DNA from: an uncultured Thermoleophilia bacterium
GTDB lineage: Bacteria > Actinomycetota > Thermoleophilia > Gaiellales > Gaiellaceae
DNA length: 64,000 nucleotides
NCBI GenBank assembly: GCA_963839815.1
Contig: CAWIWF010000005.1
Coordinates: 30,045-94,044 of the forward strand
Reading direction: 5' to 3'
A model generated the notes under the pieces. That model searched no databases, was not told the DNA's origin, and saw only the letters and a program-made list of their open reading frames with translations. The stretch's first letter is position 1. Every line of letters begins with the position of its first letter. Positions 37,014 to 45,477 of the stretch are shown in pieces. Both the position numbers and the translations under genes were made by a program.

Positions 37014-38321
37014 ATGCCACTGTTCCGACGGCGTGCAGGACGGCCGGCCGCGCCCCCTGCGCCGGCCGATGAGGCGACGCAGCGCCTCGATCCAGCCGCC
37101 ATGGCCGCGCACTACGAGGTCCACGAGGAGATCCCGGAGGAGGAGGCGCCGCCGCCACCGCCGCGACTGTGGCCCTGGCTCGTCGCCCTGCTGCTGCTCG
37201 TCCTCGCCGGTCTCGGCGGGCTCTGGTGGGCGACTCGCGACGACGACGCCGGCGCCGCGGCGCCCGCGACGACGGCCGCGGCTGCGGGTCAGGTGCAGGT
37301 ACCCGCCGTCGAGGGCGAGCCGCTGGACGACGCGACCGCGGCCCTCGCCGCCGCCGGGCTCGAGCCGAAGCTCGCGCGCGCGCCGAGCGAGCGCCCGAGC
37401 GGCATCGTCCTGGAGCAGGATCCCGCGGCCGGCAGGTCGGTAGACCGGGGCTCGACCGTCACGCTCACGATCTCGCGCGGGGAAGCGACGATCTCGGTCC
37501 CGGACGTGCGCCGGCTCCCTGCGGCACGCGCCTTCGCGGAACTCGAGCAGGCCAGGCTGACGCCGTCCTCCCGGAGGGTGTACGCCGATGCTCCGGTCGG
37601 CGAGGTGGTGGCCCAGAAGCCCGGCCCCGGCAACGAGGTCGAGCCCGGCACCGAGGTCGCCCTGACCGTGTCGCGCGGCGAGCGGGAGGTCGAGGTGCCC
37701 GACGTCACGGGGCGCGACGAGGCCGAGGCCGTCGCGGCGCTCGAGGACGCGGGCCTCACAGCCGGGTCCAGGCGCGTCCCGTCGGGCGAGCCCGCGGGAA
37801 CCGTGGTCGCTCAGAACCCGCGCGCGGGCGAGCGGGCGGCCAAGGGCTCGAAGGTACAGATCAACGTCTCCGCCGGCGCGGCGGGAACGACGACCAGCAC
37901 GACGACGAGTTCCGGCCGGGTGACCGTGCCCGACGTGGTCGGGCTGAAGCGGCGGGCCGCGGTCGGCCGGCTTCGCGGCGCCGGCCTCGAGGCGGACACG
38001 AAGCCGATCCCGTCCGACGAGCCCGAGGGCACGGTGGTGGCGCAGTTCCCTGCAGCCGGCACCCAGGCTCGCCGCGGCGGCTCGATCCGCATCAACGTCT
38101 CGGCCGGGCGCGCTGCGCGGGAGGTGCCGGACGTCGTCGGCGACGACGAGCTGACGGCGACCGACCGGCTGGAGGAGGCGGGCTTCGTCGTCGAGGTCGT
38201 GCGCCAAGACACGTCCGCCCCGGAGGAGGACGGCGTCGTGCTCGAGCAGGATCCCTTGCCCGGCGACAAGCGCAAGCCGGGAACGACGGTCACGGTCATC
38301 GTCGGCACGCTCACCGGCTAG
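37014..38321 (+). CDS. membrane-anchored protein with five PASTA domains and no kinase or transpeptidase domain
   Basis: ATG lies 8 nt after the coiled-coil stop. It has a short Pro/Glu-rich cytoplasmic tail and one TM segment (LWPWLVALLLLVLAGLGGLWW). Five repeats of the type VxVPDVxG....A...L...GL......P......G.V..Q.P..G......G..V.[IL].VS.G follow. Confidence 0.85.
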   Translation: MPLFRRRAGRPAAPPAPADEATQRLDPAAMAAHYEVHEEIPEEEAPPPPPRLWPWLVALLLLVLAGLGGLWWATRDDDAGAAAPATTAAAAGQVQVPAVEGEPLDDATAALAAAGLEPKLARAPSERPSGIVLEQDPAAGRSVDRGSTVTLTISRGEATISVPDVRRLPAARAFAELEQARLTPSSRRVYADAPVGEVVAQKPGPGNEVEPGTEVALTVSRGEREVEVPDVTGRDEAEAVAALEDAGLTAGSRRVPSGEPAGTVVAQNPRAGERAAKGSKVQINVSAGAAGTTTSTTTSSGRVTVPDVVGLKRRAAVGRLRGAGLEADTKPIPSDEPEGTVVAQFPAAGTQARRGGSIRINVSAGRAAREVPDVVGDDELTATDRLEEAGFVVEVVRQDTSAPEEDGVVLEQDPLPGDKRKPGTTVTVIVGTLTG

Positions 38322-38333
38322 CCTCCTCGCGCC

Positions 38334-39536
38334 GTGGAGGAGTACCGCCCGCCGCTCGAGGCATATGCCGAGCTGATCGCCGGCTTCGCCGCCAACGTCC
38401 AGCGTGGGCAGGTCGTCAGCATCCTCACGGAGCCCGGGAAGGAGGCGCTGACCCGCCTCGTGGCCGCCGAGTCGTACCGTCGCGGCGCGCGCTTCGTCGA
38501 CGTCTGGTCGTTCGATCCGCTCGTGAAGCGCGCGCGGATCGAGCACGCGGCCGAGGAGACGCTCGACTACGTCCCACCCTGGTGGGGTCGCCGGCTCGTC
38601 GAGCTGAGCGAGCTTGGCGCCGCGCGCATCACGCTGAACGGCGCGGCCGAACCAGGGGCGCTGAACGACCTCGACCCGGCCCGCGCCGGGCGCGATCGCA
38701 TGCCGCAGCTCGCCGAGCTCGGCGACGTGGTCAACGCGCGGACGACCAACTGGACGGCGGCACCCTGCCCGACCCCGCGCTGGGCCCGTCTGGTGCATCC
38801 CGAGCTCGAGCCGGCCGACGCGCTCCGCACGCTCTGGCAGGAGATCGTCTACGTCTGCCGGCTCGACGAGCAAAACCCGGTTGCGGCGTGGGACGAGCGC
38901 ATGCGTCGGCTCGTCGGCGTCTGCCGGCGGCTCGAGGAGCGCCGCTTCGATTCACTCCACCTCGAGGGGCCCGGCACCGATCTGCGCGTCGGCCTGTTCC
39001 CCTCGTCCCGGTGGATCGCGGCCGAGTTCTCGACTCGTGAGGGATTGCGCCACCTGGCGAACCTGCCCTCCGAGGAGGTGTTCACGACACCCGATCCTGC
39101 GCGGGTCGACGGGGTCGTGCGCTCGACGCGGCCGCTCGACTACGCCGGCACGCTCGTCCAGGGGCTCGAGATGCGCTTCGAGGGCGGCCGAGCCGTTCAG
39201 GTCGAGGCGGAGTCCGGGGCTGACGCGCTCCGGGCCGGGCTCGCGGTCGACGAGGGTGCTGCCCGGCTCGGCGAGATCGCGCTCGTCGACGGGGAGGGTC
39301 GCGTTGGCTCGACCGGCACCGTCTTCTACGACACCCTGCTCGACGAGAACGCGGCCAGCCATCTGGCGCTCGGGCACGCCTACTCCTTCGCCGTCGGCGA
39401 CGAGGACGCGGCCCGCGTCAACCGCAGCACGGTGCACATCGACTTCATGGTCGGCTCGAACGCGGTCTCGGTGACCGGCGTGACGTCCGCCGGTGAGCGC
39501 GTGCCCGTGCTCGTCGACGGCGACTGGCGGATCTAG
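38334..39536 (+). CDS. M29 family aminopeptidase (AmpS/PepS-like)
   Basis: 400 aa with AELIAGFAANVQRGQVVSI...NWTAAPCPTPRWA...HLALGHAY...VHIDFMVGS. Confidence 0.9.
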   Translation: MEEYRPPLEAYAELIAGFAANVQRGQVVSILTEPGKEALTRLVAAESYRRGARFVDVWSFDPLVKRARIEHAAEETLDYVPPWWGRRLVELSELGAARITLNGAAEPGALNDLDPARAGRDRMPQLAELGDVVNARTTNWTAAPCPTPRWARLVHPELEPADALRTLWQEIVYVCRLDEQNPVAAWDERMRRLVGVCRRLEERRFDSLHLEGPGTDLRVGLFPSSRWIAAEFSTREGLRHLANLPSEEVFTTPDPARVDGVVRSTRPLDYAGTLVQGLEMRFEGGRAVQVEAESGADALRAGLAVDEGAARLGEIALVDGEGRVGSTGTVFYDTLLDENAASHLALGHAYSFAVGDEDAARVNRSTVHIDFMVGSNAVSVTGVTSAGERVPVLVDGDWRI

Positions 39537-39651
39537 CCGTCCCGGCATCCCTTGGCGGGCGGGGTTGACAACCCGCGCATCCCGCAGAGAGTGAGAAGTG
39601 TCTCTGGAGGGGTCCAGGGCACCGAGGGTGCGACCAGGGGAGGTCTTTCGA

Positions 39652-42413
39652 ATGGGATTGCGGTTTGCGTGCGCGGCGGCGCTTGCCCTCGCGGCCACGG
39701 CCTGTGCGAGCGCGCCTGCGCATGCGAGCGCGTTCCTGCCTGCGTTCGACCCGCTCCAGTCCAATCGGCCGCACCTCGCCTGGCGCGGGGAGGAGATCCG
39801 GCTCGTCCACTGCGCCGCCGGCCTGAACCCCGACTCCGGCGCGCCCGGCGACGGCAGCGCCCAGTACGACGCCGACTGGGCGGTGATGGCATGGAGCGGG
39901 ACCGGCGTCCCAGCAAGCGTCGCCGGCGGCTCCGTCAAGTTCGTCATCGACAACAAGCAGGGCTCGCCGCACTTCGGCCAGCAGTGCGTCCGCGCGAACT
40001 TTCGCTCGGCGGGTGCGGGTCTCGCCGTCGTTCAGCTCGACATTCGTAACCAGTCCACGGGCGCCTCGCTCGTCAGCCGCCAGTTCCTCGCCGGCTGGCT
40101 GTCGCTCAAGCAGGTCGCGCTCGACGACGGATTCGGCGGGACGACGGTGTTCGACGGGCCGGGCTGGGGCTCTTACAACTGGCTGCGTGCCCGCGTCACC
40201 GCGACGCTGCCGCTGTCGGGCTTCGGCGAGCTCGTTCAGCCCGCCGGCCCGTTCCCGTCGGTGATCCACCTGCCCGCCGAGGCGCCGGGCTCGCCGGCCG
40301 CCGGGCAGGGTGATCCGTCCACCTGGTACGACGATCTGGCCCTGCGGCTCGCGACCACGACGAGCAGCGAGACGGTCTACCGCACCCAGCCCTGGCTCAT
40401 GTGGGACGTGCACGACGACCAGGGCACGGCCGCCGGTCACGTGGACGGCGACGCAGCTCTCTCGCCTGCGAGCCCCTACAACGGCTCGTGCGACCCGATC
40501 GGCGTCGACTTCCTCCCCGTGCTCGACATGGCCGTCGACGCTGTCGACAACTGCACCGGCGGACCGGCCGAGGAAGGCCCGTTCTCGCGGATCTGGCCGA
40601 CGTTCACGAGCGGCCTGGCGATCGGCCCGTTCGATCCGCTCCGTGCTGCCGAGACATTCCTGGGAGACGGCCGGATCACCGCGGGCGACGTGGTGCTGCC
40701 GTCCGCGCCGATCGAGCTCGTGATCGCGCCGAACAGCGGAGCGGTCGGCGACGTCAGCGGCACCGGCACGCTCGAGGCGCTCGACAAGGAGGACGTCTAC
40801 GTGCGCCGGGCGGAGGCCGGGCACGACGCCCCGCACAACATGTACGCACCGTTCTACCGCGCCTACATTCCGGCGACGCGGGCCGAGCTCGCCGGCCACG
40901 GGCTCTCGTCCGGCTCGGACGCGCAATGGTCGCCGAGCTACCCGAACTACGTCACGTGCGACCCCTCGGGGGGAACGGCACAGGCGAGCGAGGACTGCAG
41001 CTACGCCTACTGGGAGATCGAGGACGTGCTCGAGAGCGTCGTCGGCCAGGACACGGGGTGCCTCTACCGGTACCGCTCGGGCGCTCCGGAGTTCCGACCG
41101 ACGCCAATGGGCGACCAGGCGGTCGTCGTCTACAGCGACGAGCACGGCGAGGCGATGGTCAAGTACGTGCCCGGCTGGGACTTCTACTACGACTCGCTCG
41201 CGGCCAACTTCCCGGGCGTCCTGAACGCCAACGGCGGCTGCGACCTGCAGGACGTCTCTCCGCTCGGGACGGCGGAGGTCACGGCGACGGCCCGCTACCC
41301 CGGCCAGTCCGTGCTCGACATCGACAAGGTCTCGAACGTCGTCACCGAGAGCACCTACAACAACTTCACCAAGGAGCTCGCCTGCGCGCCGAAGGCGGCG
41401 TCCGGGCCCGACCGCCTCCTCTACATCTGCACGGCCCTGTCGATCGACATCGACGGCACCGCGATGGCCCAGAGCCGCGCCTGCTTTAGCGCAACGGGCG
41501 CCGACAGCATGGCCGCGTATCCGGCCGGCACGCCGTTCACGCTCGAGGGCGTCGGCCGCCTGTGCGTGCAGACGGACTGGAACGGCGAGGCCAAGGTCGA
41601 GCTCTCGGCGAGGTGCTCGACACCGGCGGGTAGCGTCACCGCGGACTTCGCCGACGAGCGCATCGTGCGGACGGCAGCCGTCGACTTCTCGTACTGCCCG
41701 GCACCGCCGCCGCCGCCGGTCACCACGACGACGCCGACGACGACCAGCGCGCCGCCGGTGACGACGACCACGACGCCGAAGCCCGCACACCACGCAGGTC
41801 ACGACGACGACGACGACGCCGGCGCCCACCACGACGACCACGTCGCCGGGAACCACGACGACCACGAAGACCACGCCGGGTCCGGGCCTCGCGCTCGTTC
41901 GCATCAAGACGGTGACGCTCAACACGAAGCGCGCCCGCGTCGTCGAGGTGCCGCGTCAACGGAGCCGTCGGCAGCGCGACGCTCGAGATCCGGCTCGTGA
42001 AGGGCAACGGCAAGACGCTCCGGCGGCTGACGCGCATCGTCGCCGCCAACCGCGTCGTCCAGGTGCCGAACCTGGCGCTCGATCGCATTGTCCACACCGT
42101 GACCGTCAAGATCCTCGCCACGTCGGCGGCGACGGTGGTGCCCGTCCCGTCCGTCCCCAAGGCGCAGCCGGCGAAGACCACGGTGGGGCTCCTGCGGATC
42201 ACGCGCATCACCTCACGTGGCAAGCGCGCGCGCGTCGTCCAGGTGCGGGTGAACGGCCCGGGCCGCACCGCGAAAGTTGAGATCAGGCTCGTCAAGAGCA
42301 ACGGCAAGACCCTGCGGCGGGTGACTCGCGTCGTTCCCACCAACCGGGTCGTCCAGGTGCCGAAGCTCAAGCTCGACCGCATCGTCAAGACCGTTCGAGT
42401 CAGGCTCGTCTAA
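39652..42413 (+). pseudogene. large secreted protein (novel ~690-aa N-terminal region, Pro/Thr linker, duplicated ~95-aa C-terminal module) with two apparent frameshifts
   Basis: SD GGGGAGG precedes ATG 39652. The signal peptide is MGLRFACAAALALAATACASAPAHA. Frame 1 runs to ~41785 (PPPPPVTTTTPTTTSAPPVTTTTTPKP). Frame 2 continues TTQVTTTTTTPAPTTTTTSPGTTTTTKTTPGPGLALVRIKTVTLNTKRARVVEV. Frame 3 from ~41951 continues RVNGAVGSATLEIRLVKGNGKTLRRLTRIVAANRVVQVPNLALDRIVHTVTVKIL, and a second copy of that module ends at 42413. Confidence 0.7.
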
Positions 42414-42474
42414 GGCTGCAGGGGGAGAGAGGGGCCGCGAGGCCACGCCGCTTTCGCGTCGTGAGCTCGCTCGC

Positions 42475-42501
42475 GTGGGGGGAGATCTGGTCTCCCCCCA
42501 C
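42475..42501. terminator. bidirectional hairpin between convergent genes
   Basis: GTGGGGGGAGA-tctgg-TCTCCCCCCAC, a perfect 11-bp stem. Confidence 0.6.
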
Positions 42502-42654
42502 CGGCCCCGCCGCTGAACGCCCGGCAAGCTGCGCTGCCGCTGGGGGTCCGGCTCGCTACGCGGGTCGTGACGACGCTCAGCAGGGCGAGCCGAGATGGAC
42601 GCGTCAGGCGCGCCATAGCCCGGCGATCGGCGTCTGCCAGAGCTCGGTACTTGT

Positions 42655-43659
42655 CTAGCTGCCGCTCGGCTCGGCCTCTGCTCCGGGCCAGGTGTAGGCG
42701 TCGCCGATAGTCCTCAGCCCGGTCTTCGTCTCCTCGTCGCAGAGCGCGCCCGCGACGCCGGCCTCGTACGCTGCGCGCGGCCCCACGCCGAGCGTGCGCG
42801 CCAGCTCGAGCTCACGCGTCAGGTCGGTGTCGAACATCGCCGGGTCGTCGGTCGAGATCGAGCACGGGATGCCCGCGGCGACGAGCCGGGGCAGCGGGTG
42901 CTCGGCCGGCGTCCGGACGACGCCGGTGCGCAGGTTCGAGACGGGGCACACGTCCAGCACGATCCGGCGCGCCGCTAGCTCGGAGAGTAGACCGGCGTCC
43001 TCGACCGCGCGGATGCCGTGGCGGATCCGGTCGGCGCCGAGGACGTCCAGCGCGCCCCGGATCGACGGCGGGCCTGCCGCCTCGCCTGCGTGCGGCACGG
43101 AGCCGAGCCCGCCGGCCCGCGCTCGCGCGAAGGGCGCCGCGAACCGCTCGGGCGGATAGGCCGCCTCCTCGCCGCCGAGCCCGACGGCGACGACGCCGCG
43201 CTCCGCGTAGGCGAGGCAGTGATCCACTGCTCGCTCTGCGTCCTCGACGGGGGCACCGCGAGTGATGTCCGGCGTGAGGAGCACGCGTACGCCGTGCTCC
43301 TCCCAGGCCTGCTGCGCACCGTCGCAGTAGCCGCTGAAGATGGCATCCCAGGAGATGCCGCGCCACGTGCGCTCGATGGGCGAGAAGATCGCCTCCATGT
43401 AGACGGCCCCATGGGCTGCCGCCTCAGCCGCGTAGTCGACCGTGATGCGCCGGAAGTCGTCGTCCCGGCGCAGGCAGTTCGTGGTGAGGATCCAGACCTC
43501 GATGAAGTGGTCGAAGTCCCGAAAGCGATAGAGGTCGGCGAGGCCTGCTTCGGTGTCCGCAGGGAGAGACAGCCCGTTGGCCCTGGCCAGTGCGAGCAGG
43601 GTGGCAGGCCGGATCGTGCCCTCGAGGTGTACGTGCAGCTCGATCTTCGGGAACGGCAC
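42655..43659 (-). CDS. add: adenosine deaminase
   Basis: 334 aa with PKIELHVHLEGTIRP...HAGE...STDDPAMF. Confidence 0.92.
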   Translation of the reverse strand: MPFPKIELHVHLEGTIRPATLLALARANGLSLPADTEAGLADLYRFRDFDHFIEVWILTTNCLRRDDDFRRITVDYAAEAAAHGAVYMEAIFSPIERTWRGISWDAIFSGYCDGAQQAWEEHGVRVLLTPDITRGAPVEDAERAVDHCLAYAERGVVAVGLGGEEAAYPPERFAAPFARARAGGLGSVPHAGEAAGPPSIRGALDVLGADRIRHGIRAVEDAGLLSELAARRIVLDVCPVSNLRTGVVRTPAEHPLPRLVAAGIPCSISTDDPAMFDTDLTRELELARTLGVGPRAAYEAGVAGALCDEETKTGLRTIGDAYTWPGAEAEPSGS

Positions 43660-43740
43660 ACCGGTCAGCCTAGGCCGGGACGAGGCAGCCGGGTCGCCTC
43701 TCCCGCCGCCTGCCTCGACCTCGACCTGAGCTTGAGAGAG

Positions 43741-45036
43741 CTACCGCGTGAGGGTGATGCGGATCGACGCGCTACTGATGCCGCTCACCGTCGCGCTCGT
43801 GCACCCGGCCGGTGCGTCGGCGCTCGGGGCGGCTGCACAGGGCACCGGCTGCGAGGTCGCCCGGGCCTGGAAGAACACGAGTCCGGGTCGGGACGGCGCT
43901 TTCATGCGGAACGTGAACGAGCCGTTCGCGCCCGTCTTGACCTTGCCGGCGGGCCTGAAACCGCGCCGGTCGCTCGCGACGAGCACCTGCACCGGCGCCC
44001 CCGCTACCGGCCCGTTGAGCGAGAGCGTGCCGCGGAGCGTGATCGTCGTGCCCACGAGGGCGGTCGGCTTCCCCGCCGCCTCGAGCGTCAGAAAGCTCGG
44101 CAGCCGCACGATGCCCTGGCTCGAGGTCGTCGATGCCAGCTCGGCCGCGGGCGCGCCGAGGCGCGGGGTGAAGACGCCGCGCCACACGGCATCACCGGGG
44201 CCCGGCGGCACGAGCCCTGACGTGATCTTCAGCGCGACGCGCCTGATCGTCCGGTTTCCAGCGAACGGCCCCTTCGGCAGGCAGATCTCGATCCGACGCG
44301 AGCCGGAAGCCTTGTGGACGAAGACGGTGAGCGGCACGCGAACCGGTTGCAGGCTCTCGGCCTCGGGTACGGCGACGGCCCGCAGCACCCACGTCGGCTT
44401 GGCGACGCACGAGCTGCCGATGCGCCTGGTTGTGCGCAAGTCGCCCTGCAGGACGAGCGGGGGGAGTTGCGCGAGCTTGCCGGCGCCGGCAAGGTCGACG
44501 GTGATCTCGCCGGCGCGCTTCCCGGGCGCGAGCGGGTTGAGCCCGTAGCCGGCCGGAATCGCGATCGAGATGCGCGACATCGCCCGCTCCGTCGCGCCCT
44601 GGGTGACGTCGATCGTCAGGTGACTGCCGCGGACGGCGTCGTAGCGACTGGCCTCGACGCGCAGCCGCGGCTGGAAGTTGATGCGGCGCCCCTTCACCGA
44701 GGGAGCTGCCGTCGTCGTGCGCGGCGCGGCCTTGGTGGTGGTGGTCGTGGCGCCCGCGCTGCCCGTGGTCGTGCGGGGCGCGGATGTCGTCGTCGAGCCC
44801 TTGCCGGTCGGCGTCGCCGTGGTGGTGGGCTTGCCGGTCTTCGCTCCCGTGGTCGTTGTGGCGCTCTTGGTCGTGCCGGGCGCCTCGGTGACCGTCGTCG
44901 TCCCGGCGCGCGTCGTCGTGCCGGCGGGTGCTGCGGCGCCGTCCGGCGCGCCGTCGTCCCCGCAGGCGCTCGCGGCGAGGAGAAGTGCGAGCGCGGCGAT
45001 GGCCGCGCCCATGCGTGCTGAGCTCGTCGATCTCAC
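43741..45036 (-). CDS. secreted or lipoprotein with Thr-rich linker
   Basis: The likely start is GTG 45036 (or ATG 45012). The signal/lipobox-like sequence is RSTSSARMGAAIAALALLLAASAC. About 110 aa of T/G/A/P/K-rich linker (GTTTRAGTTTVTEAPGTTKSATTTTGAKTGKPTTTATPTGKGSTTTSAPRTTT...) is followed by a ~300-aa globular region. Confidence 0.7.
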   Translation of the reverse strand: MRSTSSARMGAAIAALALLLAASACGDDGAPDGAAAPAGTTTRAGTTTVTEAPGTTKSATTTTGAKTGKPTTTATPTGKGSTTTSAPRTTTGSAGATTTTTKAAPRTTTAAPSVKGRRINFQPRLRVEASRYDAVRGSHLTIDVTQGATERAMSRISIAIPAGYGLNPLAPGKRAGEITVDLAGAGKLAQLPPLVLQGDLRTTRRIGSSCVAKPTWVLRAVAVPEAESLQPVRVPLTVFVHKASGSRRIEICLPKGPFAGNRTIRRVALKITSGLVPPGPGDAVWRGVFTPRLGAPAAELASTTSSQGIVRLPSFLTLEAAGKPTALVGTTITLRGTLSLNGPVAGAPVQVLVASDRRGFRPAGKVKTGANGSFTFRMKAPSRPGLVFFQARATSQPVPCAAAPSADAPAGCTSATVSGISSASIRITLTR

Positions 45037-45477
45037 GTGTGCTTGACCCCCGGTGGTGAAGTGACCCCTACCCATTCTGCATCGGATTCGAGCGATGTGG
45101 GTGAATTTCGCGGAGCGGCATCTCGGACTCTCTATCGGCTGTCTCGCGACGCCCCGAGAGCGGTGATTCGGAGAGAAACTCTCGTCCTGGATAACCGCTG
45201 AAAAACGCGGCGGCATCCCTCACCATGAGGGATATCCACCCCCACTCGTGGGGATGGCAAATCACCCAGGTGTGGGGATAGAGATTCGGCCCGTAGGGGC
45301 GGAGAATCCCCTCGTCCGGCTTGGGGAGAGTGGTTCTGCGGACTTGCTTCACAACGCGACGTCGGCTTACGCACCAGGGTGGCAGTGCCGCTTCGACAGA
45401 GGTGAGCACTCCGCCAATCGGGGCGGTAGCCGGTGGCAGTGCCGGATGCGTCCGTGAAGCACCCGAAGGGAGGGGTA

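Noticed and set aside
42410-42616. A 68-aa minus-strand ORF has a signal-like start (MARLTRPSRLALLSVVTT).
   Set aside because: It runs straight through the 11-bp terminator hairpin in a convergent intergenic region. It has no SD, and the remainder is Gly/Pro/Ala/Arg-rich.
45037-45477. The long leader has GGGGA, AAUC and CCCA elements and might be a ydaO-type (cyclic-di-AMP) or other riboswitch.
   Set aside because: Only short generic motifs are shared. The conserved 3' block of the ydaO motif (CAGCUAACCUCGUA-like) is absent. I cannot run a covariance model, so it is kept only as an unexplained structured region.
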